A DNA stretch of 64,000 bases from Fimbriimonadales bacterium (GCA_045862955.1 BTVI01000017.1:1-64000); one strand, 5' to 3'; positions 18,051-28,094 are shown, numbered from the stretch's first letter. A program made the numbers and translations. Notes: a model not told the origin generated them from the sequence alone.

Positions 18051-21000
18051 ATGGTGTTCGCGGTAGTCCTTTTCGCATTGTCACTCAGCCCCGATGCGGT
18101 GATCGGGGCAAGAACGCCCGCTCTCTCGCCCGACGGCAAGACCGTCGCTTTCTCCTACCTCGGCGACATCTGGACAGCGCCGACTTCGGGCGGACGGGCC
18201 ACGCGTGTCACCGTACATGTGCGTCACGAGATTCGACCCCAGTTCTCGCCAGACGGAAAGCAACTCGCCTTCTCCAGCGACCGAGAGGGCGGCTACGACG
18301 TGTACGTGATGGATGCGGCGGGGGGCAAGCCGAAACGCCTCACCTACCACTCGGCATCCGACATGGTTACCGACTGGACTGCGGACGGCAAGAAGGTGCT
18401 GTTCCTGTCGAACCGCGAGGCACGGCGTACCGCCGTGTATGCCGTGGACGTGATGACGGGGGCCACCACGCGGCTGACCGACGAAGACTACCAGTATTGC
18501 TATGCCGCCAGCGCATCTCCAGATGGCAGACGCCTCGCCATCACTCGTGGCGCTGCCGCATGGTATCGCAAGCGCTACAAGGGTGGTGGGCAGTTCGACA
18601 TCTACACCTACGCTCCCGAATCTCGCGAGTACGAACGACTGACCGACTGGGAGGGTCAGGACCATTGGCCGATGTGGACGCCGGACGGGCGCAGCGTGGT
18701 GTTCGTAAGCGAGCGGTCCGGAGCGTTCAACTTATGGCGAATGCCCGCCGGTGGTGGCAATCCGACACAGCTCACGACCTTCGCCGATGGCATGGTGCGG
18801 TACCCCTCCATCGCGCGACGGTCGGGAGACATCGTGTTCGAGTACGGCCCCGACCTGTACCACCTCCCGCCCGGCGGAAATCCCAGGCGAATAGCCCTGC
18901 AAGCAGCGACCGACGATCCGTTCAACCTGACGGAGCGCCGCACCCTCACCTCGGGTGCGTCCGACTTGGCGGTGTCGCCGGACAGCAAGCGGCTGGCATT
19001 CGTCCTCTATGGAGACATCTACAGCGTCTCGGCAGATGGCGGCACGGCAAAGCGCCTAACCAGCGGCCCTGCCGTGGAGTCCGACCCGGCTTACAGCCCG
19101 GACGGCAAGCAGATAGCGTTCCTCAGCGAGCGCAACGGCACTCCGCAGGTATGCATCATGGGCACGGACGGCAGCAACCTTCGCGAGCTCAGCACAGGTG
19201 GTGGGCCGAAGGAGGACGTAGGCTTCTCGCCGGACGGGAAACACGTGTATTTCGTCGAGGGGCCGAGCGGCGTGGCGCTGTGGAGAGTGGCTGCCGAGGG
19301 TGGGCCCGCCGAGAAGGTGCGGCCCGGCCCATCACTGGATAGCTGGGCCGTGTCGCCGGATGGCAAGTGGCTGCTCGTATCGAGGAGCGAGATTCGCGAA
19401 ACGTGGGATGTCGAACTGATGCCCACCGACCTCTCGGCACCACCCGTCAACATAACGCGCAGACCCGGCTACAACAGTTACGTTCGCTGGATCGGGGACG
19501 GGCGACAGATCGCGTACGTGTACCGCGATAACTGGCGTCGGGGTCTGGACCCGGCCATCCACGTCCTGCCCCTGGAACGCAAGCCCGATAAGCTGGACGA
19601 CGAAGCGGCGGACGAAGCGGACAAGGACAAGGAAAGGCCGCTGCAGGTGGATTGGGAGGACATCCACACCCGAGCGCGCCAGGTCGCGTCCTATGCAGGG
19701 CAGCAGCACGAGTTCGCGGTGATGCCGGATGGAAAGACCATCGTGTTCGTCGCTGCGCCGGATGGCACGCGCCGCTTCTACTCGGTGGGAGTGGGCGGCG
19801 AGAACCTGAAGCCCCTTGCCACTGCAACCACTGTTAGCGGGAGTTTGATCCCCGACAAGGCCGGCAAGAAGGTGTACTACATCGGCAGCGGTGGGAGTAT
19901 TCAGACCGTATCGCTGGACGGTACTAGCGGTCGCGTGGCCTTCACGGCGGAGATCACGGTGGATAGGCGGGACGAGTCCAAGGCGCTCTTCCATCAGGGG
20001 TACTGGATACTTAAGCACTACTTCTACGACCCGGGGATGCACGGTGTGGACTGGGATGCCGTGCGGGCGGAGTACGAGCCTTTCATCGAGCGGACTTACC
20101 ACAACCAAGACATGACCTACTTCTTTACTCTGATGCTCGGTGAGCTGGGAGCGAGCCACTTGGGATTCAGCATTCCCGAGGACTCGCCTCGTCCCACTGG
20201 CAACCTCGGCGTACTGCTCGATGAAACACACACCGGGCCTGGCGCGCGAGTGGTGGAGGTGGTGAAGCGAACACCCGCCTCTAGGCCCGAGAGCCTGCTG
20301 TCCCCGGGTGACACGATCTTGCAAGTGGACGGCAAGCCGGTTCAGCACAACGAGTCGCTGCACGAGTTGCTCGATGGCACCGTCGGCAAGGTAGTGACCC
20401 TCGAGGTCTCCAACGGGACGGAGAAGCGAGAGGTGCGAATCCGCCCCATCAGCGGTTCGGCACTGTCCGAGGCGCGCTATGAGAACATGGTAGACACTCG
20501 GCGTGCGGCCGTGTTGGAGCAGTCCGGCGGCAAGCTGTACTACATGCACATCCAGAGCATGAACCTTCCTTCCCTGGAGCGGTTCGAGAGGGAGCTTTGG
20601 CGCGACGCCGCGCCCTACGAGGGACTGATCTTGGATGTTAGGGGCAACGGCGGCGGGCACATCGCGACCTTCCTATTAGAGGCGCTGGAGCGGCGCGCCT
20701 ACGCCTACCGGCAGAATCGCGGTGAGGAGCGTTTGGAGGTCTCACCCTCGCGCGTGTGGCGCAAGCCAACCGTGCTGCTGATCGACGAGGGCAGCGCAAG
20801 CAACTCCGAGATCTTCGCCTCGGGTTTCCGCGACTTCGGCCTCGGCAAGATCGTGGGTACTCCGACTGCCGCAGGCGTGATCGGTACCAGCGATCGTACG
20901 TTGTTCGACGGACGGACCACCATTCGCGTACCCTTCGTATGGGTTCGTCGGCTGGACGGTACGACCATGGAGAACACCGCCGTGCAGCCGGACATCCTGG

Positions 21001-21104
21001 TGCCTATCGGGGTGAAAGACATCCTCAACCGGAAGGATATACAGTTAGAGCGAGCTGTGAAGGAGTGCATGGAGGCGGTGCGACGGGGTCAGGCACCACG
21101 CTAA
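18051..21104 (+). CDS. Tricorn-like S41 family protease (PD40 propellers, PDZ, S41 domain)
   Basis: Many SPDG repeats; LGELGASH, DVRGNGGG and SASNSEIF motifs; start reassigned to ATG 18051. Confidence 0.9.
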   Translation: MVFAVVLFALSLSPDAVIGARTPALSPDGKTVAFSYLGDIWTAPTSGGRATRVTVHVRHEIRPQFSPDGKQLAFSSDREGGYDVYVMDAAGGKPKRLTYHSASDMVTDWTADGKKVLFLSNREARRTAVYAVDVMTGATTRLTDEDYQYCYAASASPDGRRLAITRGAAAWYRKRYKGGGQFDIYTYAPESREYERLTDWEGQDHWPMWTPDGRSVVFVSERSGAFNLWRMPAGGGNPTQLTTFADGMVRYPSIARRSGDIVFEYGPDLYHLPPGGNPRRIALQAATDDPFNLTERRTLTSGASDLAVSPDSKRLAFVLYGDIYSVSADGGTAKRLTSGPAVESDPAYSPDGKQIAFLSERNGTPQVCIMGTDGSNLRELSTGGGPKEDVGFSPDGKHVYFVEGPSGVALWRVAAEGGPAEKVRPGPSLDSWAVSPDGKWLLVSRSEIRETWDVELMPTDLSAPPVNITRRPGYNSYVRWIGDGRQIAYVYRDNWRRGLDPAIHVLPLERKPDKLDDEAADEADKDKERPLQVDWEDIHTRARQVASYAGQQHEFAVMPDGKTIVFVAAPDGTRRFYSVGVGGENLKPLATATTVSGSLIPDKAGKKVYYIGSGGSIQTVSLDGTSGRVAFTAEITVDRRDESKALFHQGYWILKHYFYDPGMHGVDWDAVRAEYEPFIERTYHNQDMTYFFTLMLGELGASHLGFSIPEDSPRPTGNLGVLLDETHTGPGARVVEVVKRTPASRPESLLSPGDTILQVDGKPVQHNESLHELLDGTVGKVVTLEVSNGTEKREVRIRPISGSALSEARYENMVDTRRAAVLEQSGGKLYYMHIQSMNLPSLERFERELWRDAAPYEGLILDVRGNGGGHIATFLLEALERRAYAYRQNRGEERLEVSPSRVWRKPTVLLIDEGSASNSEIFASGFRDFGLGKIVGTPTAAGVIGTSDRTLFDGRTTIRVPFVWVRRLDGTTMENTAVQPDILVPIGVKDILNRKDIQLERAVKECMEAVRRGQAPR

Positions 21105-21182
21105 TCCCGTACAACGTCGTAGTTGGCTCAGTAGCGCCGTGCGGAATGAACCGTCGGGAGAATACCCCTCGGTCCAACCGCA

Positions 21183-21770
21183 ATGATCACCAACTACAAG
21201 GGCAAGCTGGCGCGACTCTCTTGGCATTCCGGAGAGCAGGAGATTTTCGGTGCGATCCTCGATCACACCGAGGTGTTCATCTTCGAGTGCCGGTGGGGTG
21301 AGTGGTACGCTCTGAACCCCACCGAGCCGCCATCCGACCTTACGTTAGAGGTGAGCGTCGGCGAGACTGTGGCAGTGGTGCAGACGGACCTTCTCGGACG
21401 ACGGGGAGCACTGTTATTACTCGCTGCCCCCGCGCAGGTTCGTTTGCAGCGGCTAGACGACCAGGCCTGGCGCCAGTGCGATCTCCCGTGCAAGGTCTCG
21501 ACGACGACGATGACCCCCATCGTCTCGGACGGCCGGTGCGTCAAGCTCTCTCCGGATGGGTTGCTGCAATTCGGAGCCGAGTCGCTCGAGCCGAAGACGC
21601 AGGTGCTGGCCGAGATCCCGCTCAGCCGCGCGGAGCATCTGATACTGCCCGGCCGCGTGGACGCGGTGAAGGCGGTGGGTCAGCTCAATCACAAGATGCT
21701 CGTCCGCTTCGGCGAGCTCGACCGCCTCACGGTGGGCCGCCTCCGCTCCCTCACTCTGAGTTTGTCGTAA
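21183..21770 (+). CDS. Hypothetical protein, possibly PilZ-like C-terminal barrel
   Basis: KLSPDG-like segment and terminal LVRF..LD pattern; canonical RxxxR not clear. Confidence 0.45.
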   Translation: MITNYKGKLARLSWHSGEQEIFGAILDHTEVFIFECRWGEWYALNPTEPPSDLTLEVSVGETVAVVQTDLLGRRGALLLLAAPAQVRLQRLDDQAWRQCDLPCKVSTTTMTPIVSDGRCVKLSPDGLLQFGAESLEPKTQVLAEIPLSRAEHLILPGRVDAVKAVGQLNHKMLVRFGELDRLTVGRLRSLTLSLS

Positions 21771-21807
21771 TCGCCGAACCCACGCAGCGATCCGGTATCG
21801 TTGTTGC

Positions 21808-22188
21808 GTGCGAGAACGTCCCGGGTACTGGGTAGGAAGAGCCGGACTCGACGCCTTGTGGGTCGTGGCACCGGGGTGCCTTGCGGCCCTCGCGCTTTTG
21901 GGGTGGCGGGAGGCTGTGGGCCTGACCCTGGGCTGGACGGTAGCCGCTGGCTCCCTGCTGCTCAGCGCACTCGTGCTGCCGCGGTGGATACGCGCGGACT
22001 CGCGCCTCGTGGACGGGCACGCACGCCTGCTGGCCCTCGGAGCAGTCAAGTTCCCCATATTCGGCCTCGCTGCGTTCGGCGCGGCGTCGCTCGGGCTCGT
22101 TCCCGCGGCTTGTTTCGTGGTTGGCGCTGTTTCGGTATACTTGGCGATGGCCGCAGGGGCCCTACGGTCCCTGCGTTCGCGCGAGTAG
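21808..22188 (+). CDS. atpI: ATP synthase protein I-like membrane protein
   Basis: About 4 hydrophobic helices; directly precedes atpB; start uncertain. Confidence 0.55.
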   Translation: MRERPGYWVGRAGLDALWVVAPGCLAALALLGWREAVGLTLGWTVAAGSLLLSALVLPRWIRADSRLVDGHARLLALGAVKFPIFGLAAFGAASLGLVPAACFVVGAVSVYLAMAAGALRSLRSRE

Positions 22189-22201
22189 GTGAGGAGGGGC
22201 A

Positions 22202-22930
22202 TTGCAGATAGCGGTCGTTGCTGCCGGAGCAGAGACGGGACCTGCCTATTGGGCGCTTCCGTTGTGGGGCCTGATCATCATCGGGCTCTTCCTCGCGGTT
22301 TTCGGCACGGCTATCCAGAGAGGCCGGACCGAGAGGGTGCCGCGGGGACTCTTGTTCCGGCTGGCCGAGCACATCTACGTGTTCATCGAGAACATGTGCG
22401 TGAACGTCATCGGCCCGAGGGGGCGCAAGTACGTACCTTTCGTGGGCACGATGTTCATTTTCATCGTGTGCTCGAACCTGTGGGGGCTACTCGGGCTGCC
22501 GACACCGACATCGAGCCTAGCGGTCAATCTGGGGCTCTCGATTACCGTCTTCTTGTATGTGCAGTACGAGGGCATCCGAAACAACGGCTTGCTGGGCTAC
22601 ATCAAGCACTTCTGGGGACCGATGGCTCTCATCGGACCGCTGATGCTCTTCGTGGAAGTGGTCAGTGAGTTCGCGAAGATCGTTTCGCTGTCGCTGCGCC
22701 TCTACGGGAACATCCACGGCGAGCACGAGGTGAGCCACGTATTCGGAAACCTGGTGTCCATCGGCGGCTTCCCGTTACCTCTGCAGGCGCCCATCTTGCT
22801 GCTGGCCATCTTCACTTCGCTCATCCAAGCGTTGGTATTCGCCATGCTGACAACGATTTATCTCGCGCTCATGGGTCCGCACGAACATGAGGAAGAACAC
22901 GCGCACGCCGCGACGTCGGCGGCGCACTAA
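22202..22930 (+). CDS. atpB: F0 ATP synthase subunit a
   Basis: SLSLRLYGNI (essential Arg) and IQALVFAMLT; GAGGAGG before the TTG start. Confidence 0.95.
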   Translation: MQIAVVAAGAETGPAYWALPLWGLIIIGLFLAVFGTAIQRGRTERVPRGLLFRLAEHIYVFIENMCVNVIGPRGRKYVPFVGTMFIFIVCSNLWGLLGLPTPTSSLAVNLGLSITVFLYVQYEGIRNNGLLGYIKHFWGPMALIGPLMLFVEVVSEFAKIVSLSLRLYGNIHGEHEVSHVFGNLVSIGGFPLPLQAPILLLAIFTSLIQALVFAMLTTIYLALMGPHEHEEEHAHAATSAAH

Positions 22931-22945
22931 GGAGGTCACCGAAAG

Positions 22946-23269
22946 GTGCTAGCACTATACGGAATCGCACTCGCCGTCGGACTGGCGCTGGGACTGGCCG
23001 TCTTGGGCGGCGCACTCGGCCAGGGCCACATCGGCAATGGAGCATTGAACGGCATGTCCCGACAGCCCGAGCTACAGGGCAAGATCCAGACTTCGATGAT
23101 TATCGCCCTCGCGTTCGTCGAGTCCTTGATCCTGTTCACGTTGCTCATCGCGTTCCTTCTCCTTGGCAAACTGCCCGCACCGAAGGACGTGATCGACGCC
23201 GAGAAGGCTACCGCACACTACTCCGCGCCCCTCGCAGCGGAAGCACCGAACTTTCCGCTAGCCGGCTAG
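22946..23269 (+). CDS. atpE: F0 ATP synthase subunit c with C-terminal extension
   Basis: Gly-rich first helix, RQPE loop, AFVESL carboxylate; AAGGAGG RBS. Confidence 0.93.
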   Translation: MLALYGIALAVGLALGLAVLGGALGQGHIGNGALNGMSRQPELQGKIQTSMIIALAFVESLILFTLLIAFLLLGKLPAPKDVIDAEKATAHYSAPLAAEAPNFPLAG

Positions 23270-23300
23270 GCGCCTCAGAGCGACACAAGGAGAGGAACCG

Positions 23301-23837
23301 ATGGAGTGGTGGGATAGGCTCGGCGAGCTGAGCCACGGCAATCTGCTCGGCGACTTGGGCATCGACCTGCGCACGATCATCTCGCAGCTGGTTGCGGTGC
23401 TGATCATGCTCTTCTTGGTCAGCCGCATCTTCTTCCGGCCGTTGCGCCAAGCGCTGGACGACCGAACGCGCTATCTGGAAGAAACCTACTCGGATGCGGA
23501 GAACCTGAAGAGCGAGATGCAGCGGCTGCGGGACGACTACGAGCAGAAACTGGCGGCGGCAGAGGCCGAGTCACGCGAGCGCATCCATGCCGCAGTGTCG
23601 GAAGCACAGGCATTGAAGGATCGCATCATTGCCGAAGCGCGTGCCACGGCGAAGGAGATCGAGGAACGTGCGCACGCCGAGATGGCACAAGAACGCCAGA
23701 AGATGATGCTGGAGCTGCGCGCGCACGTCGTGGACCTGGCGCTTCGAGCCGCCGAGAAGGTGACGCGGGAGACGATGTCCGACGAGCGCCATCGCAAGCT
23801 CGTGAGTGCGTTCGTCGAGGAATCGGGAGCCGCGTAG
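23301..23837 (+). CDS. atpF: F0 ATP synthase subunit b
   Basis: N-terminal TM, FFRPL..LDDR, long coiled coil; operon position. Confidence 0.92.
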   Translation: MEWWDRLGELSHGNLLGDLGIDLRTIISQLVAVLIMLFLVSRIFFRPLRQALDDRTRYLEETYSDAENLKSEMQRLRDDYEQKLAAAEAESRERIHAAVSEAQALKDRIIAEARATAKEIEERAHAEMAQERQKMMLELRAHVVDLALRAAEKVTRETMSDERHRKLVSAFVEESGAA

Positions 23838-23840
23838 CCG

Positions 23841-24389
23841 ATGAGTCGCCGGGTTGCGAGGCGCTACGCGCGGGCGCTCTTCCACGCAGCGCGCGACCAA
23901 GGCGCGCTAGATCTGGTATCGGAGGAACTGGGAGCGCTGACATCGCTCTTCAGGGCGGACTCCGGCTTTCGCAACCTGATGCTCTCACCCGTCGGCGACC
24001 ACATCAGCAAGGCGAGCAGCGTGGAGAAGCTGGCGGGTCGGGTATCCGACCTGACCCGCGACTTGCTGGCCCTCATCATCCAGAAGCGCCGGGAAGAGAC
24101 TTTGCCCCACATCCTGGAGGAGTTCGAGATCCTTCGCAAAGAGTACGAAGGCGTGGCGGACGCCGAGGTGATTACTGCGACCGAGCTGTCGGAAGAGGAG
24201 AGACTAAGGGTGGTGTCCTACCTGGAGCGGAAGACGGGCATGAGGATTCACGCGTCCTTCTCCGTCGAGCCCGACCTCATCGGTGGTGTCAAAGTGATAT
24301 TGCGGGATACGCTGATGGACGGTTCCATTCGCGGCAATCTGGACGAGCTGCGGGAGCGGCTCTACCGGGACGTTCTGATACAAGCTTAG
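23841..24389 (+). CDS. atpH: F1 ATP synthase subunit delta
   Basis: VARRYARALF, PDLIGG and MDGSIR motifs. Confidence 0.93.
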   Translation: MSRRVARRYARALFHAARDQGALDLVSEELGALTSLFRADSGFRNLMLSPVGDHISKASSVEKLAGRVSDLTRDLLALIIQKRREETLPHILEEFEILRKEYEGVADAEVITATELSEEERLRVVSYLERKTGMRIHASFSVEPDLIGGVKVILRDTLMDGSIRGNLDELRERLYRDVLIQA

Positions 24390-25108
24390 GGGGCGCCGCT
24401 CGGCGCGAAGTGGTGTGGGCCTGGGTGAAGTGTGCCTACCACGGCGGCTACTGGGATCGCCACCACAATTGGCAGGATAGCCGCCCATACGTAGTCGCGT
24501 GCCCTCGGCGGGGTGGCGTGCGCTGAGGGACCGAAGCAATACGCAGGCAGATACACCATCAGACCGTACACCAGAACCCAAAACGGGGCCGAGGCTAAGT
24601 TCTGAGCGCCGAAGGACATGGTTTCTGCCAAAGTCCCCGTGAGACCGAAGGTTATCAGGACCGTGTTCGGAGTGAACGCCCGCCGCTTCAGCATCCACGC
24701 CCACGTCGCGAACATCGGCACGAATACGACGACACTGTGGCCGAGAACGACATCGAGGTAGTTGGTGGATGCCGTGATAAACGCCGCCCCGACGGGCACG
24801 CCGAAGAGAGGCGCCAGGTTCGTCATTCCGGTCGTAATCGCCTCTTCGACTAGAGCCAGCAGCGTGGCGAAGAGGGTGAACGCGACGCCACGAGAGAGAC
24901 GAACGGAACCGACCCGCCGCCTGATCCGATCCCGGCCGAAACGACTGACGAGCCCGAAGCCGACTACCCAAAGCAGGAACAGCCCGGAGGCCATGAGCAT
25001 GGTGGCACGCGAGACCGGGTCGTGCCACAGCACCACGGTAACGAGCCCCACCTGCAGCGTGGCCAGAACCGCCAGCGCGCCAATCGCCTTGCCCGATGTA
25101 GGCGTCAT
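24386..25108 (-). CDS. Hypothetical multi-pass membrane protein
   Basis: About 7 hydrophobic segments containing EE and AE acidic pairs; convergent with atpH. Confidence 0.65.
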   Translation of the reverse strand: MTPTSGKAIGALAVLATLQVGLVTVVLWHDPVSRATMLMASGLFLLWVVGFGLVSRFGRDRIRRRVGSVRLSRGVAFTLFATLLALVEEAITTGMTNLAPLFGVPVGAAFITASTNYLDVVLGHSVVVFVPMFATWAWMLKRRAFTPNTVLITFGLTGTLAETMSFGAQNLASAPFWVLVYGLMVYLPAYCFGPSAHATPPRARDYVWAAILPIVVAIPVAAVVGTLHPGPHHFAPSGAP

Positions 25109-25207
25109 GTTGGGCAATACGGAGGCGACGCCAAAGAGGTTGAGCCTTGCGCTTCCGGCAGGTCTCGGCCGTCGGCCGTCGAATCTGTGGGTGGAGGGAA
25201 GACGCTG

Positions 25208-26896
25208 ATGGAAGACCTTGACGCAATGACGCGCGAGAACATCCGCGCCGCTCGAAACCTAAGCAATCGCCCATTCGAGAACCGTATGACCAAGGTTGAT
25301 ACCTTGGGAGAGCTTATCGAGATGCAGGCCGGACGCCTGGCCGACAAGCCCTGGCTCACGTACTACCAGGATGGAGAAGCAGGCAGTTACACTTACGGCG
25401 AGTTCTACCGTGAGGTGTGCCGCACGGCAGGTTTCTTGCGATACGAGCTCGGCTTGGGTGTCGGCGACCGCATCGCGGTGTTGTCTTTCAATCACCCTCT
25501 AACGGTGCAGGTGTACTTCGCGGCTTGGCTTGCGGGCGTGTGTGTCGTTCCCATCAACGCGTCGGAGGACGACGAACGAATCCAGTACATCCAGGCGAAC
25601 GCGGAGGCTCGGGCCATCTTCGTCATGCCAGACTACATCGAGCGCTACGATGCCATACGTGCCGGCGACAACCCCATCGAGCACTTCGTTCAGATGATGG
25701 GTGAGCCTCGAGCAGGTTACATCCAACTGGGCGATGCGATTGCAGCCCACCCGGTACCCTTTGCGCGACCCGAGTATGGTCCGGAGACGGAGAGCCTGGT
25801 AGTGTATACCAGCGGCACGACGGGACCTCCCAAAGGCGTCGTTCTGGAGCAGTACAACCACCTAGCCGATGCGCACTCGATAGCGGAGTGGCACCGCATG
25901 AGCGAAGGCGAACGCATGATGTGTGTGCTGCCCATCCACCACGTCAATGGTATCATCGTCACGCTCTGCACTCCGCTCTACTATGGTGGATCCGTGCTGT
26001 TGCACCGACGATTCAGCGCTACATCATTCTGGAAGACACTGGCGCACTATCGGGTCGGGGTGGTGAGTGTGGTGCCGACGGTGTTAGCGTTCCTCTGCGA
26101 GAAGGGCGAAGACATCTCGGGCTATGACTTCAGTGCGTTTCGTCACTTCATTTGCGGGGCGGGCCCTCTCACCGTGGAACTCGGCAAGCGCTTCGAGGAG
26201 CAGTTCGGCAAAGTCATTCAGCACGGATACGGGTTGAGCGAGACCACCTGTTACGACTGCTTCCTGCCTCTAAATCAGCCGACTGAGATACACAATCACT
26301 GGATGCGTGACTATGGCTTCCCGAGCATCGGTTGCCCCATCTCCTGCAACGAGATGGCGATCCACGATTCGGAGGGCCGCCCGCTGCCTGAGAAAGTGCG
26401 AGGCGAGATCGTGATCCGCGGTCACTGTGTGATGAAGGGGTACTTCAAGCGACCGGAGGCCAACCGTGACACGTTCAAGCACCAATGGTTCCGAAGCGGT
26501 GACGAGGGCTTTTGGGTGCGCGGTGAGGACGGCCTAGACTACTACTTTATCACCGGCCGTCTGAAGGAGCTGATCATACGTGGCGGCGTGAACTATAGCC
26601 CCCTCGAGATTGACGAGGCGATCAACTCGATCGAAGGGGTGAAGGCCGGCATGGCAGTAGGATTCGAGAACGACATGTATGGCGAGGAGATAGGCGCTTA
26701 CGTGGTGCTGGAGGAGGGCGCTACGCTGAGCGAAGACGACATCCTGAGGGCCTGCGCCGCGGTTCTACCTTTCAACAAGCGGCCCAAGGTGGTAGTGTTC
26801 GGCGAGGAGTTCCCTGTCACTTCGACGGGAAAGTACCAACGGAACAAACTGAAGCCTTTGTTCGCCAAGTGGCGCGGCACGCAGTTCCGGGAGTGA
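25208..26896 (+). CDS. AMP-binding acyl-CoA synthetase family protein
   Basis: YTSGTTGPPKG, GYGLSE, FRSGD and PVTSTGK motifs; GGAGGG before ATG 25208. Confidence 0.92.
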   Translation: MEDLDAMTRENIRAARNLSNRPFENRMTKVDTLGELIEMQAGRLADKPWLTYYQDGEAGSYTYGEFYREVCRTAGFLRYELGLGVGDRIAVLSFNHPLTVQVYFAAWLAGVCVVPINASEDDERIQYIQANAEARAIFVMPDYIERYDAIRAGDNPIEHFVQMMGEPRAGYIQLGDAIAAHPVPFARPEYGPETESLVVYTSGTTGPPKGVVLEQYNHLADAHSIAEWHRMSEGERMMCVLPIHHVNGIIVTLCTPLYYGGSVLLHRRFSATSFWKTLAHYRVGVVSVVPTVLAFLCEKGEDISGYDFSAFRHFICGAGPLTVELGKRFEEQFGKVIQHGYGLSETTCYDCFLPLNQPTEIHNHWMRDYGFPSIGCPISCNEMAIHDSEGRPLPEKVRGEIVIRGHCVMKGYFKRPEANRDTFKHQWFRSGDEGFWVRGEDGLDYYFITGRLKELIIRGGVNYSPLEIDEAINSIEGVKAGMAVGFENDMYGEEIGAYVVLEEGATLSEDDILRACAAVLPFNKRPKVVVFGEEFPVTSTGKYQRNKLKPLFAKWRGTQFRE

Positions 26897-26911
26897 GCTA
26901 GGGGAGCGCAG

Positions 26912-27019
26912 ATGGAGAATGAGAGCTTTCTGCCGCTGATCGAACTAACACTGCGCATCCACAATATGGAACCCGATGACACCGCACTCTACGGCTTGTG
27001 GCAGTGGGGGAAGAAGTAA
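26912..27019 (+). CDS. Putative 35-aa small protein (below the ORF-track cutoff)
   Basis: GGGGAG 5 nt before ATG; MENESFLPLIELTLRIHNMEPDDTALYGLWQWGKK; 15 nt after the ligase stop. Confidence 0.45.
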   Translation: MENESFLPLIELTLRIHNMEPDDTALYGLWQWGKK

Positions 27020-27079
27020 CAGGGCCGTGGGAGGGTGGTAGTGTAAGGTTGTCGCCGTCCAGCCGTGGGGACTATGGAT

Positions 27080-27500
27080 GACCGGTCGCACGCAAAGGGG
27101 TTGCCATCCGTCATGCTGAGCTTGTCGAAGCATGCAGTCGGTAGCCGCGACGTGCACGGCGAGCACCTCGACCCCCGGACCCACCTCGCGGACGACCGGT
27201 CGCACGCAAAGGGGTTGCCATCCGTCATGCTGAGCTTGTCGAAGCATGCAACCGGTAGCCGCGACGTGCCTCAGAAAGCGACAACCGGCGGCATGCGAGG
27301 GCATGCTTCGACAGGCTCAGCATGACGACGGGGGAGCACGAGGTCATGCTTCGACAGGCTCAGCATGACGTCGGCGGCATGCGAGGTCATGCTTCGGCAG
27401 GCTCAGCATGACGTCGGCGGCATGCGAGGTCATGCTTCGACAGGCTCAGCATGACGTCGGGGGCGTGCGAGGGCATGCTTCGGCAAGCTCAGCATGACGT
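27080..27500. repeat. 27-nt palindrome cluster: two copies 114 bp apart, then five opposite-orientation copies at 43-bp period
   Basis: Copies at 27110 and 27224; then 27301, 27344, 27387, 27430, 27473. Confidence 0.93.
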
Positions 27501-27524
27501 CGGGGGCGCGGCGGGTGCGACAAC

Positions 27525-28094
27525 CTACATCTCCAGGAAGTACGCGTGGACGGTGGGATCGGCGGTCAGCTCCGGGTGGAAGGTGGTGCCCAAGAGCGTC
27601 TCCGTGCGCACCGCGACCGGTGCATTGTCATGCACGGCCAGCACCTCGACCCCCGGACCCACCTCTCGGACGACCGGTGCCCTGATGAACACCCCACGCA
27701 GACTCTCGCCAGTCGGGCGGAACACGAAGTCCGCCTCGAAGCTGTCCAGCTGTCGCCCATAAGCGTTCCGCTCCACGGTAACATCTAGCAGGCCGAGCGG
27801 CGGCACCGGGCGGTTGACTACCCGTTTAGCCAGCAGAATGAGCCCCATGCAGGTGCCCCAGATGCGCATGCCCCGCTCTGCTCTGCGGCGGATCGCCTCG
27901 TCTAGCCCCTCGAAGGCCAGCAGGCGCGACACTGTGGTGCTCTCCCCACCCGGCATGATGAGACGCTCGGCACGTTCGAGGTCGCGAACCGTTCGAACCT
28001 CGACAGTCCGCGCGCCGATGCGTTCCAGCGCCTGCACGTGCATGGCGAAGTCGCCCTGCAGCGCGAGGACGCCGACGGGCGGGTTACCACCCAC
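27525..28094 (-). CDS. pdxT: Pyridoxal 5'-phosphate synthase glutaminase subunit
   Basis: GVLALQG, PGGEST, GTCMG and FHPE motifs. Confidence 0.96.
   Translation of the reverse strand: MGGNPPVGVLALQGDFAMHVQALERIGARTVEVRTVRDLERAERLIMPGGESTTVSRLLAFEGLDEAIRRRAERGMRIWGTCMGLILLAKRVVNRPVPPLGLLDVTVERNAYGRQLDSFEADFVFRPTGESLRGVFIRAPVVREVGPGVEVLAVHDNAPVAVRTETLLGTTFHPELTADPTVHAYFLEM

Noticed and set aside
19332..20660. Long antisense or alternate-frame ORFs (e.g. 442 aa here, 12019-13053, 28198-29253, 48317-49318)
   Set aside because: Shadow ORFs opposite well-supported genes, expected from high-GC codon bias
22946..23170. Firm call of a Na+-translocating ATP synthase
   Set aside because: The motif is incomplete: ES is present but the following T and Y are replaced by L and F
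27153..27200. Diversity-generating retroelement TR/VR pair with pdxT
   Set aside because: Only 48 nt; mismatches are not adenine-specific; no reverse transcriptase in the window; the target is a housekeeping enzyme
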